From Sarea resinae (taxonomy: Eukaryota): DNA of 64,000 nt. The position numbers were made by a program, and so were the translations under genes. Below are positions 24,520-38,800 of this stretch, one piece after another (position 1 is the first letter of the stretch; every line of letters begins with the position of its first letter). The notes under the pieces were generated by a model, which was not told the DNA's origin, made no database searches, and worked only from the letters and a program-made list of their open reading frames with translations. The DNA lies in NCBI GenBank assembly GCA_026026165.1, contig JAPEUD010000057.1, positions 62,001 through 126,000 on the forward strand, given 5' to 3'.

Positions 24520-25796
24520 TCATTTCACCAATGCAGGCCCAAATAGATCTCCCGCTTTCTTGCTCTCAATCTCCAACTTTCGCTTCTTGGCTGCCCTCTC
24601 CTCGTCGGCCCCATCACCACCACCGCGCTTGACGGCCGCGTTCAAACCCACTAGATCGATCTTCTCTGGATTGCGACACGCGTACAGCTTCTTATCTATG
24701 CGCTTCAATTCCTTCAGTTCCTCGGTGCTGGGCCGAGTGGTCGTGACGCTGGTGGACAAGAGAGTGGTGCAGGACCGTAGGACGGTCATTATCTTTGTCT
24801 TTTTCCCTGATTCGGTGGAAGCGAATTTGGTGTCGAGGTAGAAGCGCGTCAAGGCCTCATCGGCGAGCAGAAGGGAGGCGAGGAAGATTTGCGATGGTGT
24901 GTAGAGGAAATATGCATCTGTGAGCAGAGCGGAGGTTTTGAGGGTCTGCTTGGCCGCCTCGTAGGCGCTACGTATGCGCCCTTGAAGTGCCGTTCCATTT
25001 CCCACACCCCCAGCCAACGTCCTCTCCATCGCTTCCTTCAGCTGTGGCCCCGTGGAAGCGTCGTGGGGCAGAGATACATAGGTCCCTTTCGCCAACGCGA
25101 GTAGCTCCATCAGACCTCCTTCTAGAGCTCGGAGCGGATGTCGCACGTCAAAGGTGAAGCGTAGACCTTGCGTGACGAGGAATTCGGGCGCGACGACTTC
25201 TTCGGGGGTTGTTTTGGGCAATTTGGACGCAAAAGACGTCAAGGGCGTGTAATGGTTTTCGGTCTTTGTGGCCAGGAAGAGGATCGATGGCATGAGGGTT
25301 TTGGGGTGGTAAGTCATCGGTGAATTCGAGAGGTAGAAACGGTGGAGGTAGGTGAGCGCTGTGGCCTGGTGGTGGCCATAGTTTATTGTCAGTAAATCAT
25401 CATGGCAGTGCGCACAACAGCCTCGTTTACCTTGACGTTGGTGGGAAATCCGCAGAAATCCGCCAGTTCCATGGCCTTGACGCAATAGAAGCCCACCAGC
25501 TTCTGCTCTTCCTCAACACTGAGACATTCGATATCTTTGTCTTTGTCGGTGGCCTGCGGTGTCGCTGAGCCTGATACCGACCTGGAGCCATTGCTTGTGC
25601 CCTTCTCCCCACTGCTAATGCTGCTGGTCCCATTACTCTCAGCCGCTGCACGAGCTTCTCGAGCCCGCTTGATGGCTGCTTTCACGCGCGCGCAGGCGAG
25701 GCTGTTGGTCGTCTTGCGGAGCGAGGAGAGCGATTCAGGCGTAAAGGACCAGAGACGGTATTGGGTCGAGGTGCGGTAGGCAGCGTCTTCGGTCAT
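24520..25796 (-). CDS. CCL1: Cyclin H (TFIIH kinase cyclin)
   Basis: YRTSTQYRLWSFT, PTNVK|ATALTYLHRFYLSNSPMTYHPK (intron 25366-25430), FLATKTEN, APEF...QGLRFTFDVRHP, LTDAYFLYTPSQI, KKLYACRNP. Confidence 0.93.
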
Positions 25797-28689
25797 CTTG
25801 CAATCAATGGGATGGACCATGGAAACGAAAAGAGGTGGTATGAGAGGTCGAGGTTGAAGGTCGAGATGTTGGTAATGAATGAAGGTTGATAGTGAGCTTT
25901 TGGGAGTGTTTGACGTGTTTGACTTGTTTGATGGATTGTTTGACGAGAACGACCTCGGGAGTTTGGGAGCTGTTACATTAATACATCATCGCCAATGAAC
26001 TCCATCCTGCGATAATCATTCACTTCCTCAACATTCTCGAACAATCATGTCTGCTGTCTTTGATAAGTTTATGACTCTCTACGATCAGCATTCTGTCTCG
26101 TTCTAGTTCTTTCTGTGCTGGTGAATCGGCTGTTTGTGTTTGCCTTCTCTTTTATCCCTAATGCGCTTTCTGTTCCCATGTCACCGACTCATTCATTTCC
26201 TCTTCACGAGCATCTTTAACTTCCTATTGGAGATTTTCGGCCAACCAATATAAACCACCCTTCTGATCTTTCTGCTTGCAACCTTCTTTCTTATTTGAAT
26301 ACACAATATCTAGACAGCAAGCTTCTTTTATAATATACTAATCAGATATCTCCTACTGCATGACCGGGACTAAAAGCTTCAGGTTCTCTAAAGACGCCAG
26401 CCACAACTCACCTGCGCGGAAAGCCAGCGTCTCTCTGAAGATGCTAGACTTAGCCACCCATATAGAGGCTCACAATCGATCGTTATTACCAGCAAAGCAG
26501 GCCAAGCGAAAGTGTTTGGCCAGGAGAGTCAAGAAATTCTTCGCTCTCGTTCATACGAACACCTACGCCTATTACTCAGGAGGATGCGACAATCAGATAC
26601 AATGAAAATTTACATCGTATCAAGCACTGTCAGATATATAAGTCGCAAATTTCCAGATCAAGCAATGACTCCAGGACCACGGCTACTCACACAAGCCTAA
26701 AACTCACCACCTATCGCGGAAATCCCGACGTGGTTACTAGAAGACGTCATCGTGACTCTGAAGATACCAAACATATCCGTGATCGGCCACAGGCAAAGCA
26801 CGGCGTATACCACATCTCGTCGACCGAGCCCCGATATATATGCATGTGTCACTGGTTGCCACCTCACTGGACTGATCTAGGTTTTTGCACCAACGTGGAA
26901 CGATCCATGCTAACCCCATTTCGCAACATAAACAGGGCGCGGGACTGCGTCCGGGCTCAAGAGGCCGTCTCACGGGCAGTCAGGAGCATCTGGATCGGGG
27001 GACCAGGCATGACTTTTGAAGAGGCGAATTGGCAATGAGGGAGGCCGAGAGGATGTTGAATCATTGACAGTGACTATCAATCTATACTCTTGCTGTCTCA
27101 TCCACCGACAATGTTATTCCAAGGATCCATGAAAAATCACTTCCTCTCTGCTAAGTAGAGTTCTAGGACAAAAGACTAGCACGACTTTCTGACAACAGAT
27201 TAATTGTACTTGAGCGCAGAAATTAAGACGGGCCTGTGAGTTTTATCATGGTCAGTCAGAGAGCTTCTGATTCCAGGAGGCCGTTCCCTTTCCTCCGGTT
27301 GCATCGCCGTACATCAAACCATCGTCTACAAGAAGGTGCAGACAGACAGCCTTTGGCATACCTCTGAGCAACAAAGTTTGCGAATTAATAGAACCACCAT
27401 TCAGCCTCATCCAGTGCAAAGAAGTACCGGCCATGGAGACCCGACCCTTTCTCGTTGTCGGTCTTGTAGCCGTATGGCTTGAAGTCAGCGATGATCATTT
27501 CGATACCGGTAGCTTCATAGCGAATGCCGGACGGGGAGAGGAAATTGCGTTAAGCAATGACTTAACGGAAGACGTCCAAGTATTCAAGGTGCCTTCCCAC
27601 CGCGCGCTTGATCAGTTGGTGGAGATACTCTATCCAGAAGCAGAATACATCTCATATTCAATAGGTTTGGGCAAATTTAGCGTACACGGGTTTGATGACT
27701 TACCCAAGATATTTCAGACTAATAATCGGTATTACAGACGATATCTAGTCTCAACTTGATTGCCGCTCATCAACTTTTGTATATGAACGGAGATGATATC
27801 TTGAAGAGTCAAGAACAGGAAGACGGACAACATCTGCCTGATAGTATATGACTGCATAACATAGCACCTAGCAGACAACTTAGTTGACCGGCTGACAAAA
27901 TGTTCCGTTTAGTACTGAATCCGACCGGAACAGAATGTCCGGCGCTCAATCCATTCAATATTGTCTCAGCGAGAGCGAGCATTCCTAGCTTCTAGGAATT
28001 ACTTCTGATCCCCGGAATCTCTTCGTTGAAACCGCCTGAAAGACCGTAGCGTGGGCGCGAGGCCTTCCGTAGTGGGCCTTAGGCCATAGGATATCTCTCA
28101 TAGGCAAAGGAAAGGATGATAGTAGGGCTGCATCTTGCCGAAAACACTACTACTACTTTATTAGCAGAGAAGATCTCTTCAAAAACATCACGACAATGAC
28201 CGGCGCTAATGATGTTCGTCTGACAGGAGAATGTAGATGGCGGCAATAAGATTATCTAGTAACTGTTAAAGAGCAGGGCATTATACTAATCAACAACATA
28301 GCAAGGGCAACAGCAAATGGCGGAAGACGGCGGACCGTGCGTTTGAGAAATGCTAGGAGCTTGTGAATATGAGAGAAGAGTTTACGGAGAGTAAGAAGAT
28401 CTGAGAAGCGAATGCCCCAGTACCATCGTCAGAGAACAATGACTTATAGCCACGTTTTCCGAAATGAATTACGCTGGCCATGTCAGAGAGGATAAATTGT
28501 ATCTTCCGGGCAGCTCAAGCGCTGCCCCTAGAACGGACATGAGCGACCTTGTCCTCTTTATGGGCCTTCGACTATACGCGCATTATAAAGTATCGATAAC
28601 ATCATCACAGACCAAAATCTTCGCTCCTAGGATGAACCAAATCCCGGAGACCAAGCACTACCACTATCAAGTATCGGGACTGTTCGATG

Positions 28690-29790
28690 ATTGACGATTA
28701 TCAAAGGCTATGTTCATTGGAAGATTGATTGCATTAACGTTGGGCGTTTGATTGTTGCTGTCCAGCGACATTTCGGCAACTCTGGAGAGGTTCGGGGGCC
28801 CGCTGCAATAGGGAAGAGCACTTATGAGGGCTATAGAGCTCTATCCGCATACTTGCCTTACAACAAGTGCAGGCAGGGGTGCCCATTTCATTTGCAGGAG
28901 AGGGCTCGGATTATACTAGAACCTCGTCCGATATCTAACAGAAGCCCATCGGGGGTCTAATATCATCACCCTCGTAAGGGGATGCGAAGGGGCGAGTTGC
29001 TCCGTGATTATCTGGGCCACACTAGGATACTGGTGCCAAGGCCTCAGCGTGGAGTTTGCCTTGGAGCTGCGAAACGCTGCCAATCTTCGACAACATGGAT
29101 TTTGGCATCATGTCGCTGCCAGGTGGGGTGAGTACCTAGTCTACGGCTGCCGCTGGCTAGGTATTCTGTTCAATGTCTACGGGATCTTGGAGATGGAGGC
29201 ATTGCTGCAGAACCAACATCATGGAAGCAAGAAGATATTCAAGCTATTTCCATCAAAGAAGCCCGGTATACCTTCCATAGATAGACTGAGATGTCTGAGA
29301 GATATCAGGCATCGCAGGTACCTCCACCCGGTCTCAAGCTCACGACTCGGCTGTTTCTGCTCGGCGTCGAGCCCGCCATCGCTCTTCTCTCGCGATCTTG
29401 CGGTGTACCCCATCGACCGTAATCAATTTGACAACGAGCACACGGAGAACGTGTTATGCGTGCTGGTGCTGCTCACTCGCCTCATGGCCACCAAGGTCGT
29501 GGTCCCTGCGGACGTGCTGATCCTGACGCCATACCACGACCAAGTCCTCTTATACTGAGCTGCTATCGCCAACCTCGAACTCAAAGAGCCTAGGGTCGAC
29601 TGATCTGATTGCATTGTCCGTAGGATCGATGGCTCCCAAGGCCTTGAACATGCGGTCTGCTTTCTGGACTTGGTCGTGACTAATTACATAGGCCTTATGA
29701 ACGAAATTTTGAAACTAGACGTCGGATTTTCTCGTGCTCGTTACAGTTCCTAAATCATCGGCATGATAAGACTGGATAAATCGGCTAAAG
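28690..29790 (+). pseudogene. Decayed Upf1/DNA2/NAM7-like SF1B helicase, copy A (mainly C-terminal AAA_12 part)
   Basis: One frame gives LLQNQHH..IFKLFPS, VLILTPYHDQ (29520), IDGSQGLE (29625), VCFLDLV, IGLMNE..LDVGFSRAR (29721) with stops at 29556, 29601, 29751; possible Walker A GPAAIGKST at 28796-28822 in another frame. Confidence 0.8.
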
Positions 29791-30912
29791 ACGTTGATAG
29801 CCGTCCACTGATAGATCTACCACCCGCCTACTAACGCGATTAACAGCTAGTTCTACTACTTAGTAAAATCAGAGCAAAGACCTACTTCTAGTACGCGTTA
29901 GAGGGAAGCAAACGCTAATTAACACGAAGCCGACTTGTGACCACAATATCAGATGTGGTGGTGCTCTCCTTTGTGGCAAGTGCAAAGTGCAGTGGAAGAG
30001 CCGACTACAGACGCGGAGGCCAGAACAGTATGTAAGCCATCTTCCCACCATCAATTTCTCAAATGGAGGTTTCACTAACGACGCCGTTTGAGCTGCGAGT
30101 GTCTCAATTCCTTGCTTTGGCTGCGAGTACTGAAGAGACAGCGAGGAACGATCGAGCAAGGTCTCGCCGATCATACTAGCAAGCCAATCATTGGAACTTC
30201 AACTAGACATATTATGTTCTTGTATTCTATTCTAACCGCAGCCGCTCATTTTGGTGGTCTGTACATCTTCACCTACAGGAACGGCGTCGAAAAGCTTGCT
30301 CTACACCCAGGCTCGGGATTGGCAAGCAAGAAGTGCTCTCTGAGCGACTGAGTCCCTTGCATACCACTAAAAAGCAGCCTCTTTATTACGGACGGCAAAG
30401 TGGTAAAGGCCAAACAGCCAGAGGGCTCTAAGAACAGAGGTCGTTTAGAAGCTGATATTGATCTAGGGACAGATGTGATCTGTCTGAAATACAATACGTT
30501 GTCGAACAGACTAATATCCTAGCAGCGAGTGCTCCCTTTTAGAGGTTTAATGATCGACATATATTCTATAAAATAAACATGCTATAAGCCAATAGGCTCT
30601 GAGCTCCTACCCTCTATTACCTACACACCTAATGCCTAAATTACTCGAACTAAAGGGATTTTAGTGTGTTACAATTGCCGCCTAGCGCAGTGAATGCACT
30701 GGTGATTGTAAACAGCCCTACTGCTAGACCCTCCTCTACTAATCCTCTACTTGCAAACAGGATCGCTCTAATTCTATCACGGTTCGCTATCATCAAATCC
30801 GTGGAACCTAAAAAAGTATTCTGGGATACACATATTGTTGTCTATAGCATCTCGTTCTGGAATGCAGAGAACTTGCCTAATGATGACAGGCACAGAATCT
30901 TGGCTCGAGGTA

Positions 30913-30943
30913 AATTAGAGCCTGCCTGAATTAGAGCCTGCCT
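30913..30943 (+). repeat. Tandem duplication of AATTAGAGCCTGCCT (16-bp period)
   Basis: Copies at 30913-30927 and 30929-30943. Confidence 0.9.
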
Positions 30944-33900
30944 TAAAAGAAAAGCAGTCTCTCGAAAGCTGACATCAGCGTAAACAAGTCGAACGTTCAA
31001 AGGCAACGATGAGTCTCGAATCCCTGAGCCTAGGGGCTTCCGAGGCTGTCACTGCGGCTCTTCTTCGAGATAGCTGCAACAGTGAATAATACATTCAATG
31101 TGCCTCTTTACACTATTCGTCGTTCTTACCCATTCACCTTTCCGTGACTCAGATATTCTCTTTGACGGCTCTGGATTCTATGTTGGGCAGCTGATGATAG
31201 CAGTGTAAACGCTTCTATAGTCTATGGAGATATCCGTACATGGTGAGTCAACGAAATCGACAGATCGTTGCAAAGCGAGCCTGACGATCTAACGCGAAAC
31301 GGATTACACGAGTGAGTTGTTCCGAACATAGAAGAAAATAGGACAGCAATTATGCCAGCAGACAGCCAGCAGTTCGTGACAACGAAAACTCTCAGGATGC
31401 GGGAGCAGAAGGAAGAGAAGCGATTGCTTGTCTCACAACACTGTCTTCATATGGTGTGACCAGATGCATGCTCCGGAGATTGGAAGTACCATGACATTCA
31501 TATCTGCATGTCGAGCTGGGCCATCTCGCTCGGTGCCTCGCTGGCGGGGTACCGGTCTCGCGGGTAGGCAGCCTGCTTAAGGCCGTATAGCAGCAAGGGC
31601 TGGTAGGTCGACAGCCTAGGAAGTAAATCTTACTTTACACTGCTAGCACTTACCTCTAATTGTGTCTGCATGACAGGTTCCGGCATCTTCACTTACAACA
31701 AGCTTTGGGCCTGATCATATGATGCATCTGCTTCGACAGACTGGCCACCTGGGCAGATTTCTCTCCAACCAAGGACACGCCGTTTCCTTCAATCTCTAAG
31801 TTATCGAAGCCCTCTGACTTTACCATGACAACCATGAGGGGACAGTCTAGCAATGGAGGTAATCCTATTCCTAGATAACCTGCAAGACTTGCTACTAGAG
31901 TTGTTAGGAATAGAATCCGATCAAATCGAATGCTAAAGGTTTCGATACAGTAATAAAAGCTTGGCAAGGTCGCCTGAAGAGAATACCGAAATAGATGACG
32001 GTATGACGATCCCGACGGATCGAGGACTTGTCTCTCGAGATATGTCCCGAGAATCAAAACAAGAAAGCTCGAGTTCGAGCTCATCTCTACCACAGAACGC
32101 AAACAGAGCCCCTCTATCGGCGCTTTGTGGTCTAGAAAGAAGGGAGTGCAACCTAATACAATTCACTGTACGCTGACGTACAGGAGTGTTCCAAGACAGC
32201 TTCTTAAAAAAAGGAAACTTTTCATACGAGAAAAACATCTATACACATACTAAAACATGGCTAGAAAGGAACGAGAGCATCTGACCTCCAAATCGAGAGG
32301 GGGAGATGTGAGAAATGCACGCTGAACTGCTAGCAGCCTTTTCTCTCTCTGGTGTCTGCTCATGCTCGTTTTCAAGTAGCGAGATCGGAAGTAAATTCTG
32401 AGAAAATTTTACATTGAGAACGGCATTTTTTGTGTCCTGGCACATGCGGCCTTCTGGTTGTGTCTACACGGCTGTTCATGGAAGAATAGTGCCAGGGTTT
32501 CCTGCAATTTGCGATCTATCAGATCTGGAACCTCCTAGATGAAACAGCCAACCATCTCGCCAAAAAGAACGTGCGAGAACAGAACTTTTCCAAGCAAGGG
32601 ATCCGTCACTTCTTTCTCATTTTTTTCTGCCCACGAATACGTTCGCTAAGTGCAGTCACAAACACCGCTCGAGAAGGACAAAACGAAGTGGATGGAGTTT
32701 CCAAGGCCTTTTCCCTCGAGATGAAGAAGAGAACTATAACAATGTCTGTACTCATCAACGACCTGGATATACACACTCAGCTCGGCACCTTTTAGACAAC
32801 AGGTGGCCAATCTCAAAAGGTATCCGGCTGCTGTCACTGTCTATGCGATATGGGCAGTTCCGACGATGTACAAGCAACTGTTCAGCACCTTAAAGGCATA
32901 AATTGAACCCTCTAATTATAGCTTCCAACGCCTGAAGCAAGATGGGGAGGTCGTTGCCACTCCTACACGTCGTCGTGCCGCCAATGTCACTAGTATTTCG
33001 CCGATTGGAATCAACCCCAACACCGGTGTTTCTCTGTCGCCTGGTCTGTCCTTGGACGGGAAGTGTCACCTTTAAGCAGTTTGCGACGCAAACTGAATCT
33101 TGTGGTGGAGTGAAAGTACTTAAGACAGATCAAGACAGAGCACAGCCCTGGTATGAAAATGCTTTGCGCCTACCTACATGGAGATGATGACCGCGAACAT
33201 CTGAAAAAGAGACCAAGCTTCCGAGATCATCGAGTGAGCTTGCTGCCCTGTCTGCCGACCTAGCTGAGTCTGACCGTCTGCCGTGCCTCCGTCGAGTTTT
33301 TTTATGGGAGAAAATACATCAAGCACATCTCTACATTAGCATCGAATGGAGCTAAAAATCAAGTGACTAAATATACCTGCGAGCAGAACGAGATCGTTCG
33401 GCATTTCGATGCCAATGCCGTCCGTGGCGATATTTTCGCGCTGCAGGACAGCAAGGTCAAGCGCCTCTAGCTCTCTCGCCTAAAGGCTATCTAGAATAAC
33501 TTTATAAAGCCGGCAGATGACTCAACATGCCTAGAGCGCGAGACCCGCAGCTTCGTTCCATGCTATCCCTGACGCAACGCCAACGCTTCTAGACCGACTG
33601 GCACTAGGGAATCAATTGGTCTAGATGACGATGGCTACCTAAAGTGTGGCTGCTATTACAATGTATGTTTCACGACCTATTTGCAAGGAGTATACACGTC
33701 TGAATCTATATATAACTCAGCTTATACGCGATTACAGAACAGTCTTCCTGAATAACTCTTATAATCTAGGGACTATGAGAGATATAAGCTCTTGTTCTTA
33801 AGATAATAAATATACCTAGCATCTGGGCTTGTCTAAGCACTAGAGAGATAGCTCTATTTGCGTCCACTATCTTTACAACGCTGTGCTAATCTACTGCCTT

Positions 33901-34595
33901 TTATAGAGGGGAAAATAGTCTCACTTTTTCTTAAGCTACTTGCCACCACGGGCAGATAGTTGACAACTCCATTGGAACAACAGGAACAACGATTGGACTA
34001 GGAGAGCAGTTCTCGTCGACCCGAATGCGCCACCTCCGCAACCTAGCTTGACGATCCCGTCATTTGAGCGCATATCCTGTCACTCCAGCGTGCGCCCCTG
34101 TTTAAGCTAAGAGTGGGCTAGGTAAGGCGATATACTACTAGATTATAAAGCTGTAGTACTAAGCCCTTATACTCTCGGTCAGCCTAACACGCCTAGAATA
34201 GCCTAGAGTGGATTCTAATAGGAAACCAAATCTGCTGTTATGTTCACTCTACAGCTTACCGTAGATCCTGTATTCATACCGTTACGGACAACGGCCTTTA
34301 GCAATCAAGCACTTTACCACATACATCATCTGCAATTCGCAGCATATGGTATCGACGGCTGACAGCTAGACTGAACTCACTAGATATGATATCAAGCGGA
34401 ATATAAACGCCTTCAAAAGACAGCAGACAGAGACAGACAATAGAAGGAAGCGCAACGCAGCTCCGAACAGCGATCGCTGAGATTAGAGCTTGACTTGTCG
34501 ACTAGCTCTATAAGATCTAGCATCCCTTCTTATGAGCGCAATCTGGGAGTGTGGCTATTGCGAAGGATTTTGATATTGACGTCATATGCATTCAC

Positions 34596-34871
34596 AACTA
34601 ACCAAAGAATAAATTCACCCCGTCGCGTTCGCTTCTTCCAGCATCGACAACCACTTCAAGAGATGGCTTCTCATTTCCCAACGCCCCCCAACACGGCATA
34701 CTCACGCCGATCGATGAATAGTTCGAACAGCTCTACTTTATCAAATGGAGAATCGCATCATTATGAGCCTTTCAGGCAGGGCGCACCAGGACCTTTGCCT
34801 TGGCTTCTATTGATCAACCGTGCCATCAAAAAGGAAGACCAAATTGAACTAACCAAAGAATAAATTCACCC
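34596..34871 (+). repeat. Perfect 25-bp direct repeat AACTAACCAAAGAATAAATTCACCC
   Basis: Copies at 34596-34620 and 34847-34871. Confidence 0.92.
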
Positions 34872-35854
34872 GAATATTCTCTCGGTGAATGAGCTAGATG
34901 AATCAGAGGCCGTTGATGCTATCCCTGTCTTTCGACTAGGAGCAAAGGCAACTTTGATAGCAGATTCTATACGATGTCTGTGTACCCTGTTGCTAATACT
35001 GCTAGTACAGTATAAACCAAGTATTCCGTCGAGTTTCAATTTGACGAAACCGAAACAGCAACAGGCTCTTGAGGCAAGTGGAGTACCGAAGTTCGACGGG
35101 CTTTGCAACACTCCTGTCAACGGTCATGGCCAGCTCGATCGGACATTTTTCCCCTTGCGGGTCCTCCCTGAGCCTCTTCTTCGGGTACTGAGCTTCAAGC
35201 ACAGAGGCTCAGGCTCTGCCCAATATGTAGGCTTGCAAAGTGGCTGGAATAGTATGATAATCTAGAAAGGGAATCCAATGAGACGAGCTACGTCTCTTCG
35301 ACGCCTACAAGCTTTTACTTCTCCCCTATAGTAGACTATGTTAGAGAGTACTAACTCGCTATGTACGGGATCTCAGACACTGAAATAGCTAATCCTCAAG
35401 ATTCGATGCTTACACTTAGGTTCCGCTCAAGATCAACCGAGGTAAGAAAGTTAATACCAGGTCATCTTGGTCCTGGCAAAAGGTTTTCTTTCTCGGCGAA
35501 GCGCATAAATGACCTGACGGATCCCAGCCGCCAGACGAGGGGCGATACATTTGCAACTGGCTACAGTGCCAGGAAGCCTTCGTTCGTTTGAATAAATTGA
35601 AGGTTGTTGAATCCTTGAATAACGCTTTAAGAACAGAAACAACAGAGGCTGATAGACACCAGACACACATAGCAGAGCACCTAGCCTATCACAGCACCAA
35701 GTCGTGCGCATGGGGTGTCTGCAGGTATGAATATTCTGGCCGTAGTAAGCGGGCGATAGAGTTCCAGAGACACGTGAAGTAATCTGCAATGCGGCAACAC
35801 CTGCGGCCGCTACGGCCAATACAGGTCAGAATCCTGCCCTAGGGTCCCTGGCCA

Positions 35855-38800
35855 GTGGCGGATGAGCCATTTGAAGATGCCGAATTCTTGCAATGGTGGA
35901 CGCAGGAGCAGCGCAGGTGGGTCGTTATCGACCGTTACAGCGAGGACTTGCCCGCTCAAGGCGGGTCGCAGGCTCGGATTAAAAACCAGGTCGTCCTGGA
36001 AAGATACCTCATGCCATCGGGACAACCGGCAACCGGCGGTTTTCAAACCTGGAACGTTGCCATTAGGGCAACATGCCTGGAAACGAGGAAGCGACCCCAG
36101 GTGGGGTGGAGGGCTTCGCTGAGCCAAAACGGGATAACAATCTTTGAGCAAGAGAAAAAGGGCTCGAAGCAAAGACTGCGGCAGCGCAAGGCGGAAGCGC
36201 GTCAAGCGGGAATGGTGGCGGCCACAGCGGTCGGCCTTGACGCGGCCACAGCGGTAGCAGCAGGGGCAGCACCAGCAGCGGCGAGGATTTCGAGTGGAGG
36301 AACAGAGGCCACGGCCGCCGAAGCCGCCGCAGTGGTGATACAGGCAGCAACAGAAGCAATGAAAAGGCTTGAGGGTGGCAGGTCGAGAGGAATCCAGAGT
36401 TGGGAATTCAGAAAACACTTACTGACAGTAGAAGCAGCCCCTGACGGGACAGGTCGGAATGAACACGTATCTGATGAAAACATATCTACGCCCAAGAAGT
36501 GAGAGCTTTTAACAAGAAGCAAGAATGTGATACCATCATGGCTACAAGGCTTTCCCTCAAGGAGTGGAACCCAGAACAGATCGAAGCTATCAAAGGAAGC
36601 TAGAAACTTTGACACAGATTGTAACTGATGGCTGGGCCTAGCAGAACAGGGGAAACATCTGTTATTATTGCAATTGCAGACATGTTCGCGAGATGTGGAC
36701 TACTTGTGATTATCACAACTCCTAGTCATGCTGTCGCGGACGCAATTGCCCTAGGCTTTTTTAAGAAACTTTTAGAGGCCAGTCATATCGGTCTGACCAA
36801 TATAGCTATTAGCAATCCAGACCTTTTAAAGCCGACTTATCACTTGGTATCGACAGGAAGCTGAAGCAAATCTCTCTATATTAATAAGAGATTAACAATA
36901 GAAAGAAGCTTACTTAGTGTTATAAGCTAAGTGGATAGCAAGAACAGATAAAACATAGCTCACTCTAATAATGATATCTAGCTAGAGATTTGCTTGATAT
37001 AATAGATATGCTTTAACTTTAGAAAAGTCGCTGTTCTTATAAATTCAGGCTAAGGGGTTTCCTACAGTTGATTTTCGCCAGCAAAATTCAATGCATCCTA
37101 TTATAGCACTCCCGGCTTTCTCTAACCAACGATCGCGAGCAGGACTAGAGCCTCCTAGCGAGGAAGAGGAGCGGCCATGCAGAGACTCCCAGCAAGGCCT
37201 CGAGTATTGCCGGCCCTGTCCCCAGAACAACAGCGCCAGTCCCGCCCTGCCGCGTTTGCGATCAACGCAAACAGCAAATTAAGATAACAATTTCGCAACG
37301 GTGGCACGCTCCTACGCCTCCTACAGTAACAGCATCTGTTGACACCATCAGAGGACTTAGTCTTATGGGAACAAAGACGCGGCAGCTTCACAATTTCTCA
37401 GGAGGCGCCGTGGGAGCCGGATTAGCACCACCGCTGTTAGTCGATTACGTCCAAGAGCGAGAGATGGCACGAGAGACCGCTACAGACGCATTAGCCCTAG
37501 CCAGGAAAGTAATGATACCTTCTCACGACCTAAGGCACTACGAGCCAGATTAAAGCGCGCTTTAATCTGTCTTCGGAAAAAGACAAGTATATCTAACTTA
37601 TTTTGCGGACATGAAGGACAGCGATTGCAAAGTTGATAAAACCAGATCCAGGTCCAAAAACGCAAATATCCACTTACTAACAGCTAGCAGGACAAGAATA
37701 GAATAGATATAATTACAGAGACTGAAATAGATGACGCAACTGCTCAAGCTCTCAAAGAATGCAATTAGATATTCCCCGTCTAGAAGGTAATAACCGCGAC
37801 AGCAGAAGCAATTTCAACAGCAGCAAAGGAAGCGGTTCTCGCAACAGCAGAGATATGATAGAAGTCTGGTTGCTATATGCAACGAAGTCTCTCAAAACGT
37901 TCGAAGAGCCCTGGCGCCCGATTATTTGAGCGTCTGCCTCCCTCATGTGCGGGTCAAATACCTATCAGCATCTCTAAAGATAAATTATATGAGATGCAAA
38001 GCTCATTCCTATTATCGCCAATAATATTGAAAATATTAAAGATAAATACGCATTAGTACATCGCACAACTCGCACGAAACGAACAACTCACAACTTGCAC
38101 GACAGCTAGAATCGAGGTGTACACTAGCCTTTCTGCGGTTAGAGACAGAGCAAACAACGTCCGAGTGAATTCTTATGGCCACGACCTCAGTAGTTCTGTT
38201 GTGAAAAGCATCACTAAACGATGAATAGGAAAAGCTGGTCTAGTTCTGCAGGAGGGGCGCCTTTATTCTGAAGGAGCTTGAGGAATATAAGAAATATGGC
38301 CTTCTGATTAGGCTTGTGGCTTCTAAGGATGTCAAGTTCAAAGGGCTGGTTTGCGGATATTTCTGCACGTAAGTGCTGTATATTCTAAATATACACCTTG
38401 TTAGTATTGTCTACTCTAAGCTAACTATGTTAGTCGCCGACAATCTAGGTCCCCCGCTTGGAGCGTCCGAGGAGGGTATTGTAACCGCCTAACGGTCGTG
38501 GTGGTAACAATAATTGCGGCGGTAAAAACCGCGGCAGAGGCGGAGCTGTTTTGCCTGCCCTGCCTAATGCACAGCCCTCTAGAAAAACAACACAAGCTCC
38601 TTGTCTCTATTATACGCATCCGACTAGATATCCGCCTTCGAATAGCATCACTCGGCTAGTAAGAGGTCCTCTTAGAAGAGCTTTATCGACATAATCAGCA
38701 TATAGAGAAGGGGATATCAATTTCTAATGGTTCGCTGTCTATATCTCTTCTTCCTTCTGCTTCTGATCTTCTGTACATTTTCTGCGTCCTGCTTCTTCAC

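Noticed and set aside
23211..34264. 14-mer ACAGCTTACCGTAG at 23211 and 34251
   Set aside because: A 14-bp match is within chance expectation for a 64-kb window.
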